IMG/VR virus record: IMGVR_UViG_3300031994_000053
Location: 25,879 to 89,878 of that record
From: a virus
Lineage: Duplodnaviria > Caudoviricetes
DNA length: 64,000 nucleotides
Direction: 5' to 3' (one strand)
Part shown: positions 15,440 through 27,400 of the stretch, in pieces
Layout: every line of letters starts with the position of its first letter
How positions within the stretch are numbered: position 1 is the stretch's first letter
Program-made: the position numbers and the translations under genes
The notes under the pieces: generated by a model
Databases searched by the model: none
What the model saw: the letters and a program-made list of their open reading frames with translations, nothing else
What the model was told of the DNA's origin: nothing

Positions 15440-18400
15440 TTACCTTCCCTCCCCCTCGAGTTCGTAGAACCCCGCGGCCCGCGGGTGCTCCCTGAAGAAT
15501 TCGAGATCCGCCTCAGTGTACTCTTCGGGCGTCTGCACGACTTTGATGCCGAATATGGTATCAGGTATCTTGTCCGTCGCGAGGAAATTGCCGAGGGCGG
15601 CGCCGCCGTTCGCGGCCTCGCGGACCTCCGGCCCGTACTCGATCGCCATGTTCGGGTTGGCATACGCCTGGCCGAGCATCAGGTACATGGCCCGCCCCTC
15701 CGCGTCACCGACCCGTGCACCGGACGACTTCACGCGCGAGCGCATCGACGCGACGGCCCGGTCGAACGCGCCCCCGAGCCGCAGGGCCGCACGGGCCGGG
15801 CGGTTCAGCGATGCGCTGTCAAACGGCGCCGACGGGTCGTACTTCATCAGCGCGCGGAAGAGCTCGCCGTAGTACTTGGCGAGCAGTTCCTGCGATGTGC
15901 TCTTCATGAGCGCGGCCGGGTCGTAGCCGTTGCGCCGCGCCTCGAGCAGCACGTCGTTGACCTTCGCGTACCGGCCGCGCCCGTCGCCGGTCGCGTAGCC
16001 GCGCCGGTCGTTCCGGGCCCAGAGGTCGAGCTGCTTCGTCAGCTCCTTGCCGAGCGCGGTCTTCGACGCGCCGCGCTGCACCGGCAGCGCCATCGAAACG
16101 AAACCGGCGTCCCGGTTCCGGGTCATCCCGCTGAACGAGAACGGCATCCACGCCTGCATGAGGTTCCAGGTCGCGCCGTCCACGGTGGGTGAGAGCCAGC
16201 GCTCGGCCCAGCCCATCTCGCTCCACGGGAGCGCCTGGGCCATGTAGCCGGGGTTGAACCCGAGAATGCCCTCGGTGACGCGCTGGGCCGGCATCGACAG
16301 CTTGGACAGGAATTGTCCGATCGGATCCTCGAACCAGCGGACCTCCTCCCACCCCTGCTTGCCGGCGTGGACGTAGACCCGGCGGTTGTACGACCCGTTG
16401 GCCGGATCGTCACCCATGTACAGCGGAATGAAGTCCGGCGAGACGCGGCCGGCGGTTGCACCGAGCCCGGCGCCAACCAGCCCGGTGAGCCAGTTCCCGC
16501 CTCCGGCGTAACCGGCCACGGCGCCTGCCGCTGCGCCGGCGACGCCCGCGCCGAAGCGCCCGCCCCGCTTGAACGAGCGGAGCGCGCCCCCGAGCCGCGT
16601 GTCGTCGAACCGCGCGATGGCGCGGAGCAGCGGGGTTATGTCCGCAGACTTCCAGCGGGCGCGGTCCTCGTTCTGCCACGTGAACCAGACGTCGCGGTTG
16701 TGCCAGCTGTGGCGGTCGGCATAGGCTGCCATCTCGAACCTGTCGCGCCCCCGCCCGTACTTCGCGAGGAATTCGGGCCCGCCCATGCCGGCGGTCGCCC
16801 GGGCGAACCGGACCTTCTCCGCGGCCGTGCGCTCCCTGTGGAACGCGGCGTAGAACTCCTCGTCGGACAGGCGGTCGTCGTCGTCCCCGTCCATGCCGCC
16901 CGCGGCGGCGTCGAGCACCTTCGCGAGCGCGGTGGACAGGATCTGGAGGACCTGCGGGAACCCGAGCATGACAAGCCCGAGCATCCGTGCCCAGCGCCCT
17001 ATGTAGTGCGCGCGCTCCTGGCGGCTCGCGGTGTTCGTGCCGAACGCGAGATCCTCGAGGACCTTGCCGCCCCCAGCCTCCCACGCGCCGCGGGTCCACT
17101 GCCACGAGAACATCAGCACGTTCAGGAGCCTGCGGTTCGCCGGATGCGCCCACGAGTACTTCAGCGGGTCGAGCCCGCCGACCTCGGCGTTGATGTAGTC
17201 CGCGTACTTCTTCAGGTCGCGGATCGGGTCGAACGCCTTGCCCTGGCGTTCGGCCAGGTAGCGGAGCTTGGTCGCGAGCTGCGCGGTCACGGCGAGCTTG
17301 GTCGCGTTGAGCGCGTAGTTGAACGCCTTGTCCGACTGGCGGAGCGCGACGTCGCGGGCCATGCGCCCGAACTTCGCCGCGATCTCCGCGCCGTAGGTGT
17401 CGCGGATTATCCGCTTCAGGTGGTCGAGATCCCCCTGCGTCATGGCCTGCGCGTCCTCAAGCGGGCTCACGAGACTCGTGGAGGTCCGCACGCCGAGCGC
17501 GTTGGCCCAGGCGTACAGCTCCGCGAGGAACGGGTCGTTCGAGTCCATCATGTCGACGATGTCCGAGAAGCCCAGGAAGTTCTTGGTGATCCAGGCGGGG
17601 CCGCCCGGGAGCTTCCGCAGGAAATCGAACGCTTTCGGGTGCTCGCGCATGTAGTCGGCGATTGGTTTATAGTTCCCGCCGAGCGTGGCGAGCGCGCCGA
17701 CCGCGGCGGTCGGGGACTCGAACCGGGTCGCCAGCGGGAAGAAGAACGAGAAGCTCACGCTCATCGCCTTCGACCAGCCGAGGGCGCGGTGCAGGAGGGA
17801 GCGCGCGGCGGGGCCGCCCGTGCCCATCGCCCGGCTCGCGCCGAGGAACTGCTGGAGGTAGCCGAGCGCCTCGCCCAGGCCGAGCTTGTCTATCGCGAAG
17901 TCCGCGATTCTTCCGTGCGGTGCGGCCTCCTCGGCCTCGCGGACGAGCCACCGCTCCACCGAGGCGATCGAGGCGTTCGCGTCCTTGTGCTCGCGGTAGC
18001 GGCAGGCTGTTTCCGGATTTGTCCCGAGAACACCCTTGTTGGCCGTCATCTTCGCCCGCAGCGCGGCGAACTCCCGCTTGGCGTTCTGGACGCCCGACAG
18101 CTTCTCGTCGTAGGCGTCGCCGTTGTACTCACACCACCAGCGGGCCACGTTCTGCCAGAAGGCGTCTGGCAGGCCGGAGACATCGGCCGCGATGTCGGAC
18201 GGGTCCGCGTAGTACACGGGCGCGCCGTCGTACGCGGGCGTCATCAGCATGTTCGCGAGAGTCGCCCGGGACATCATCGCGTTGGCGAGGCCGTCGATGG
18301 CCACGTGGACCTTGTGCCCGATCTGGTAGTTGGCCGGAAGGGTCCCGGTCCGGCGGAACATGTCGAGGTCGTTCAGGCCGACCGCGCCGCCGAACAGCTC

Positions 18401-21400
18401 GCCCCTTGTGAGCGCCGCGTCGCGGTACGCGTCCACGACGTCCATCGCGGCGCGGTAGTCGATCCCGGCCTCCTCCTTCGTCCCGAACTTCGCGGCCCAG
18501 GCGTTCTGGAGGCTCTTCGAGTAGATGGCTTCCGCCAGGCCGGCGTAGGTCGCGTCCGCGGGGAGCTCGAGCCCGGTGCGCCGTGAGCGCGCGGAGCCCG
18601 GCTCGAACCCGCCGGCCGCGATGAGGTCGATGAGAGGCTGCCCCGACACGCCGATGCCGTACAGATTGGACAGCATGTCAAGTCCGTTGATGACCTTGTC
18701 CGCCTGGAGGTCGCGGACGGGAACGTCGGCGAACTCGGAGTCGACGACCGCCTTCATGCGCTCGTAGTCGCGGCTTGCGGCTCCCTGCCGGTCCGCCGCG
18801 CGGTCGCGGAGGGCGCGCTGCGCGTTGTACATGAACACGCCGGAGCCACGCCAGAACGGGAGCGCCGTGCCGAAATTGCTGAAGTACGCGCCGTCGCCGT
18901 GGGTGAGCCACGGGTGCGCCTTCGCAAACCTGACGGCCTTCGAGTAGACGGCCATCATGTCCTTGATTATGGCGTCCCGGTCGAGCATTTCCGGCTTGCG
19001 GCCGCCCTTGTCGGACGTGAGCTTGCGGTACGCCTCGCTTCCGAGGAACGCGTCGTTGATTTCATCGCACGGAATCGTGGCGGCCGCGGACGTGAACCGG
19101 GGGAGCCCGTCGACGTCGTAGCGGTAGTTGTCGCGACACATCCCCTCGACGAGGCCCCTCTCCCGCAACGCGGATATGACGAGCGCGTTGTAGCGAGCGG
19201 ATGTCGGGCCACTGGCGCGGACTAACTTGTCGCCATCGGCCTCGGCCATGGCCGCGATGGCGCTGGCCACGAACCTCCTGCGGTACGGTTCGAGGATTTC
19301 CGGGGGTATCTGGTCGTCCATGCGACGCAGGGCGAACGACAGCGCGTCGAGTTGCTCCGAGTTCGCCAGTCGCCTCGCTATCGCCTCGCGGGAGTAGAAC
19401 GCGGGGTCACGGTTCATGCCGCCGTGGAACCGGATGTCGGCCACGCCAGTCACCACGCGGTCCTGGCGGGAGGCCCGGGCCGCGCACATCTTCTTGAAGA
19501 TGTCGATGATCCGAAGGTCGGATTCGGTCAGGACGATGTCGGCCAGCTGCCGGCGATAGTTGTCGAACTTGAGGTATTTCCCGCCGGCTGCCCACACAAC
19601 CTGGCCGTCTTCGAGTGCGTGCGTCGCATCGTGCTCCAGCAGCTTCAGGATGCGCCCGCCGGCCTCGACATTGTCGCCGAAGAGGAAGGCGTGGAAGTTC
19701 TCGAGCCTCGCGATCTCGCCCTTGATGGCGTCGTACTCGTGCATCTCGGCCGATAGCATCTCGCCGATGTTGCCCTTTGCGCCGAACGACTTGCGGATGA
19801 GCGACCGTGACCACGCGGAGACGTTTTCCGCGATGAAGCTGGACTGGTCGGAGTAGTCGACGAGCCCCGCGTCGCCAGCGAGGTTCGAGTCGCCAGCCGC
19901 CTGGGCCGCCAGCCACTCGGCCGCGGTGAGCCCGGCCGGGACGCCATGCCGCTCCCGCGCCGCCTTCTGGAACTCGAGGTCCTCGGGGGTCGCGGGCTCG
20001 GTGCCGGTCTCCCGGTAGAACTTCGCCATCGCGGCGACCTGGTAGGCCGCGGACACGCACGCCTTGAGGCCGCGCTGGAACTCGGGGTCGGAGACGAGGG
20101 CCCGGCGCCGGGCTATCACCGGCGCGTCGTCATCGTCGAGCAGCCGCGCCGTCGACACGTCGCCCCGCTCGTCGACCTCGTTCACCGGCACGAAGTCCGG
20201 CATCCGCCCGCGGGCGTCCGGCTTCCCGGCCCTCACGCCGGTCCACAGGGCGTGCATCACGCGGTCGATGGTCTCCGCCCCGTCCGTCTCGACGTACCGG
20301 GCGAGGCTTCCAGGGTCCTTCACCATCGCGGCGAGCGCGTCCATCTGCTGCTTCTGGAACAGCAGCTCGGCGGCGAGCTCGCCCCCCGCCCCGTTCTCCA
20401 TGGCGCGCTTCAGCCGTGTCCCCGCGGACGCCGCGGCCCGCGCCGCGACCTTCGACGGGGCAACCGGGTCGGAGGACGTTACCCAGGCGGAAACCTGGTA
20501 CATGCTCGCGTGGCGGGCCTTCGGGTCGCGGCGGAAGTCACCGGTGATCTTGTCGTGGCGCGAGTTCGCGGGCTTGGCCTCGCCCGTCGCGGCGTCCACG
20601 TTGGTCCTCGTTATGAAGCTCGCCTCGAGCGAGTGGTACATCCGGAGCGCGGCCTGGAAGGCTATGCTGTCCCGGATGTCCTTGTCGTTCAGCTTGCCGA
20701 GGGCTTCGGGGTTCACGGTCGCGAGGGCGCGGCGCAGGCCGTTCATCACGATGACGCGGTCGCGGGCCACCTCGCGCGGGTCGGGCAGCGCGTACTTGCG
20801 CGTAACGTATTCGAGCCCGCGGCTCCAGCTGCCGTCGGTCTTGAGCCCGTGTTCCATTGATTCCCTGATCCACCGCGCCGTCGCGTAGAAGTCGTTGGAG
20901 ACCGACAGCGGCAGCGTTCCGCGACGCACGTTCCCCGCCGCCGCGGAGGCATTGGCCGAGGGCGTGCCCGCCGGGTCGGCCGGCGTGGCCTCGAAGAAGT
21001 CCTCCGTGTCGGAGACGGGGGCGGCGTTCCGGTCGTCGGCCACGCTCCGGCGCGTCTCCGCGGACTCCGCGAGAAGGCGGCGGAACTCCGCGTCCGGGAC
21101 GCGCTCCTCGCCTGTCAGCCTCCGCATGACGCGGAGGTCCGCGGCGCGCACCTTTTCGGCGGCCTCGGGGTTGGCCAGCGCGAACTTGTGCCAGCGCTTC
21201 GACCTGCCGAAGTCCGCTATCGTGTTGCCGAGGACAGGGGCCTCGACGTTCGCGGCGGCCGCGGCCTCGAGCTCCTCGGGGGTGCGGACAGTTTCCGACA
21301 CGGCGGGCGCGAAGGCGTTGCTCAGGACCGACGCGATGGCGGTCTCGTCGCCCTCTTCGAGACGCGCGACGGAGTCGTACATGCCCGCTGCCTCGGCGAT

Positions 21401-24400
21401 CGCGGCCTCGTCGTCCGGGTTCTCGCGGGCGCGCGCGGCCGCGGCCTCGGCGGCTTCGGTGCCCGCCGCGACGGCCGATGCGATGGCCTCCTCGTTCCGG
21501 GCCCGGCTTGTCTCCGCAATCCCGTGCACCACCATGTTGAATACGGTGTTGTCGGTGGCGAAGCCCTCGTCCCCGTAGTTGAAGCCATTCTTGAGGGAAT
21601 CCCAAAAGCCCTTGAGGAAATCGAGGATGCGTTGGAACACCCCGCGGGTCTCCGCGCCGGCGACTCCGGCATCCCCCTCGACCCACTTGCGGAACGCCTC
21701 GGCCGCGGCTTCCTCGTTGAAGCCGTGGGCGCGGGACGGGTCCGTGCCGAACTGCTTGCGGAGCGCCTCGTAGTCAGCCTCCCCGAACAGCCCGATGGCC
21801 TCGAACATACGCATCATCGAGTGGAAGTACTCGTGGTACAGTTCGGTGCCCTTCGCCCCGGCAGGAAGCTGGATCGCGCCGACGAGCGTCTGCGCGCCCT
21901 TGCCGCTGAACGACCACTCGACCTTGTGGGACGTGACACCGCCGATCGTCGCCTTGCGGGCGAGTTCCTTGCGGATCTCGAGCGGGAGGCGGGCGAAGTC
22001 GTCGGCCGTGAACGGCCGTTCCTTCGTGCCGAGGTTCACCGCCGCGCAGTACGAGGCCGCGAAGGCCCGCGAGTTTGCGAGGCGCTCCACGTCCTCCTCG
22101 GTCTCGGCGCGGAGGCCCTTGCCCGCGGTCTCGACCACGATGGAGACGCGGCGGCCGAGACCGGCGTTCCCGCGGAGCTTGCCGCGGATCGTGAACGCGG
22201 TGCCGCCGAGGTACTCCACGTTCGCCCAGGACGAGAGCAACCTGCCCATCGCCCTCGCGGCGTTGGCGGCTCGCTCGTCATATGCCCCCTTCGACAGGAG
22301 GGTCGGACGCGCCGGGGGTTCCGGCGCGGCGTTTGGCACATGTCCGACGTTGTACGCGTCGACGGCGTTCACCATGCGCTCGAACCGGTCGCCCGAGAAC
22401 AGCTCGAGCGAATGGCGGAACGGGGCCTGGACCCTGCCACGGGGTTTTCCGGCGGGCGTCCGGGCCTCCGGCGCCATGTCGTTCGCGACGAGAATGGCGC
22501 GGGACTCCGGGCCCAGCGCGGCCTCGGACGCCGACAGCATCCGGTAGTACCGGTCCGGCAGGATGCCAAACAGGGACGGGGACGCGCCGGACGGCGTGCC
22601 GGTCACGCGGGACGTGACGAGCGAGTAGAACGGGAGGATCTGGCCGACCAGCATGGCCGGAGTCACCGCGTCTATGCCGTAGTTTTCCTTCAGCGCGCCG
22701 AGCGCCGCCTTGGCGTCTTCGGCCATTGCCTTCAGCTCTGCCGAGGCGTTGCCGGCTTCCTTGACGAGCGCGTCAACGTTATCCGCGGTAAGCGTGTAGC
22801 CTTTCGCCCGGGCGTATGACTTGGTGGTCGCGTTGGCCGCTTCCATGCCGTCGCCCTCGAATCCCACTGATACGCGACGTTCGCCCGCGTACGCCCGCCC
22901 CGCTATGACGTCGTCAAACATCGCGCGGACACGTTCGTTGGCCGCCGTGTCGTTCTCGCGGTACGTGGGGCCGATGCGAAGGAGCCCGTCGCCCATGCGG
23001 CCGTACGGGAAGTACTTGTGCGGCTTGCCGTCGGAGTCCTCGCCAAAGATGTAGTACGTCTGCTCGCCGTAGCCGGTGTCCCGGCGTGCGGAGATGTACG
23101 CGAACGCCTTGTTGCCGGCCGCGGAGTTGAATTCCTCCGAGGTCACGATGGACCGGTACATCATGCCGAACATGGCCTCGACGCCGCGGCGGAACGCCAG
23201 CACGGTGGGTGCAGGGGCCACGTCCTTGGTGGAGATTTTATCCGCGCGCTTTTCATATATGGCCGCCGATTGGAGATAAGCCTGTTTTTCTTCTCCTTGG
23301 GCCGATTCTGCGGATACGCGCTTATTAACCGCGGCCCTGCGGAGTTTCGCGGCTTCATCCGCCGCGACCGCGCGCCGGGAAACCTCGCCAGCCATCTCGC
23401 GCATCGCCGCGTACATTTGGCGACCGTCCTTGAACACAGAGCCCGCCACGGGAAACGCGGCGAGGCTCGAGAGGAGTCCGTGCACGTACGGGAGCTGCTC
23501 CGCGTTGGACTCGATGTGCATCGCGTCCCAGGACTTGAGCCGGTCGGACTCGGAGACCAGAGGCTCCTTGGGGTCGGTTCCGTCGCGGTACGCGGTCATC
23601 GCGCCTGCCATGACGGTCTGGAGGCCTTCGCCCAGGGAGTATGCCATCCGCGTCGCCGCGTGCATTCTGCTCAAGGTCCCGGCCAGAGGTCCGAGTCCCG
23701 GGATTTCAACAGCCTTGGCGACGTCAAAGGTCGCCTTACCATCTTCCGACGTAAACGCCTCGCGGACCGAATCGCCAAGCGCCGTGGCGTTGGGCGAGCC
23801 CGGGTCGGCCGTCAGGTAGTTGATCGCCTGGCCGAACGACCGTGCGTCGTCAAGTTCGCACTTCATGCCGAACCACCGGGCGAACGCGGGGGCGGACGAT
23901 TCGTGACCCGATGCCAGCCATGCGACATACCCGAACACGGGGTTGTGCCCGCCATCCTTTGCGAGCTCCGTTATCAGCTTCCGCCGTTCGGCCCGTTTAA
24001 GCCCGCTGTTCATGACAGTGCGGAACCACGCGGGGGTCGCGCTCCCGAGTTGCAAAGACCCCGACTCCCATGTAAGGTCCAGGGCCTTCTCCAGCCAAGC
24101 CTTTGTAATGTTGTTCGGATCCGCAGAGTCGCCGGCCACGGCCTTCGCCATGTCTGCGAATTTCGGTCCATTGGCGGCGCCACGGCGTGTGGCGGCCAAC
24201 GCCCAGAGGAACCGGCCGCCATTCTTGATGTCCTTGATGTACGCGCCGAGCACGTCGGCAAACGCCTGGTCCGTCACGGGCAGCCCGGAGTCCCCGGCCG
24301 CCACATAATTGAGGAGGTTCGCGTAGACACTTTCAAGCATCTCCCGCGTCCAGCCCAGACGGCCGCACAGCTGTTCCTTCACGTCGTCGAACGTCGCATT

Positions 24401-27400
24401 GGATATGCCGTCGAGATGGTAGGCGAACTTCCACCAGTTTTCGGACAGGCCCGCGTTGTTCCGGAACATCCGGGGGAATGCGTCGCTCGCCAGCCAGGCG
24501 AGATGGAGGTTACGGGCCAGCGCCACGGCGATGCCACGCGCGTCGCCGGCGTCCTTTGCGGAAGTCGACACTTCGGCGGCGACCTTCGGGTCCCCGAGGT
24601 CCCGTTTATCTTCATTGCTTAGCGTGGGCGGCAGCATATCGTGGCGCAGTTCCTCCGCGGCCGCTCCACTGACCGGGAACGCCTTGGTCGGTGCCGACAC
24701 GAGCCCGTCAGGCGCCAGGAACGTCTCGCGAGGCACTCCGGAATTTTCGGAACTGAACCGGTCGACCAGCTGGAGCTTGTTCCCCTCCTGGTCCACGGCC
24801 GCGTGCACCGGCATGTGGCGCGCCATCTCGAACAGCGCCTTGACGAACGTATTGGAAACCCGGCGCCTCGCGTCCTCGGAAATTTTGTAATAAACGTCCT
24901 CTCCGGCCTCTGTCGCCTCGTCGACCGGCTTCTCCGTGTCGGACTCGGGGTCGTACCGCCAGGCTTCCAGGAACTTGCGCGTCTTCTTGTCCGCCCGGAA
25001 CGTCGCGGCTTCTGTCAGAAGCGCCCGGACGCCGTCGGGGTTGTTTTCAATTTTGTCGGGGTCCCCTTGATACTGCGGTATCTCAGCCTCCGGCAGCTGG
25101 CCGGTCCAACTTTGGTAAAGCAAGTATGCCTTGGTCTTGTCACCGTCGTGGTCGCAGCCGAGAAGCTGGTTGGTGAACGGGTCGGGCTGGACCATCGCGT
25201 CGGCGCCGACGCGCCAGCCCAGGGTCTTCCCCTTCGTGTCCTTCTCCTCAATCTCCGTGGCGGGAAGCCCGGCGCGGACCACCTGGAGCCACATGGACCC
25301 GTTGTAGGACGGGGTGCGCGGCAAGCCGAACATGGTGCCACCGAGCACGATGTGCTTCTGCCCGGTCGCGTCGTTGAAGATCTGGTCCCGCGACTCGCAC
25401 ATGACGGCCGTGAGGTCGAACACCTGTGCACCGGTACCCTTCGGGTCGTCACGGAACAGGTCGTCGAAACCGAAGTTGTCCGCCGCGCCCGGTATGTCGG
25501 ATATGTACCGGCCGTGGTGGTCCTTGAAGCACTCCGCGATCCGCCGCCGGAGGGCCGACCTTTCACCCCTGTCCTTGGTCCCGCGCAGGTTCTCGAACAC
25601 CCGGGCGATGCCGAGCGCGACCAGCTGGCCGGAGGTGAGCACGCCTTCGTGGTCTTTCGTGTAGTCTAGCAACGCACCCGAAATCTCGCTGTCGAAAGCC
25701 GTCCTGAACTTACCCTCGTCGAGGAACCAGGCGTACCGGAAGTTGCGCTGCGAGTAGTTGACGTTGCAGAGCGCGAAGTTGCGGTCCGCGCCGTAGAACC
25801 CCCGTTCCGACTTGCTGTACAGGCAGGAGCCGCGCATCACGTCGCGCTGCATCTGGCTGGCCGACATCGTGAACAGCTTCCCGTTGTCGTCCAGCGCCGC
25901 GCCGGACGACACGAGAGCCATGTCCACGCCGCCGAGCGGGAGGTTGGACGCCTGCCGTATCTCAGCCCACACCTGGCGGGCGAGCTCCTCGCGGGCAAAC
26001 TGCCCGCCGGCCGACTCGCCAGCCTCGCGGAGCTCGTTGAAGTGGCGGGCGCGCCGGGTCACGGAGCGCACGTACTCCGGGTTGGAGTAGACCGCGTTGG
26101 CGAACACGCCCCAGTCGGCGATGAGACCGAGGGCTTTCTGCGCAAGGCCCGGCGCGTTGTCGAGCGCGCCAAAGCGGGCGAGCGCCGTGGCCATCGTGGC
26201 CATGTCGACCTCGTAGTTGCGCGGGGACCGGCCCGGGACGTTCGGAAGCCTGGAGTTGTGGGACACGTTGGCCACGGGATACGCCATCGCGCCGTCCTCG
26301 CGGTACGAGAAGTCGAGCGCGGGGCCGGACAGGCCCGGAAGGTAGCGCAGTTCCGCGCCCGGCAGCAGCTCGGACAGCTTCATCGTCGATTCGCCGCGGA
26401 CGTCGTCCTTCACGGCGATGTCGCCGAACATCGCATCCAGCTGGTCGCCGGACACGCCACCCCCGAACGCGGTCCGCAGGGCCTTGTCGAGCTCGTCGAA
26501 CAGCACCTGCTTCCGCTCCCCGTCCTTGAGGTCGCCTTTACTGAACTTGCCGTCAACCGCCTTGTCGAACGCGAGGTCGTAGATGACCTTCATTAGGGTC
26601 CCGCCGTATTTGCGCTCCTGCCCGCCGACGATCGCCTTGACAGTGACCGTGATGGACTTGGACGACAGCGGGCCTATCTTGTAGGAATCCCTGTCGGTGA
26701 AGACGTCGGTGGACAGGTCGTCCGCGCCGCGGTACTTCGCGAGGTAGTCGTCGATGGCGCGGTCGGCGGAACCGGGCGCGAACTCGCCCGACCCGGAGGA
26801 CGTGGCGACGGACAGGGATTTGCCGAAGAACAGGTCGCGGCCCTGCGTGGAGATGAGGTGGACCTTGAGCAGGGACGAGGATGGGTCCTGCGCGGTCTCC
26901 TTCAGGGCGCGCGCCGCATAGCCGCGCATGAACGTGGAGCCGAGGAGCGCCTCGTTGGGCTTCTTGGCGTAGCCGTTCTCGCCGCCGAAGCTGAAGTCCC
27001 CGTCGTAGAACCGGAAATTCTCGCCGACGTGGATGCGGTTCTCGCCCCATGTGCGGTTGCCATCCTGGCCCACGCGAGTGCCAACCATGCCGACGCCCGT
27101 GGCCTCAAGGGATGAGATCGCGGAGCGCTTGGCGTCCACGCCCATGAGGGCCATGCCGATCGCACGGTAGACGGCCTTTGACGCCTCTTCGTAGGAAGGT
27201 ACGTGTTTTTTATCAGACGGTTGAGTCGCCGCCGGCGTTTCCTGGCGTAGCCGCTGGCGTGCCTCAGAAAGCGCTTTTGGGAACTCCGTGGCCCAAATGC
27301 CACGATCTTGCGTGTGGGTAAATGTCGCAGACCCCGTGTCAAGCAAAGCTCGCTTCGCCTCCGGGTTCTGCCGGAACGACTCGAAAACCAAGTCGCGCAT

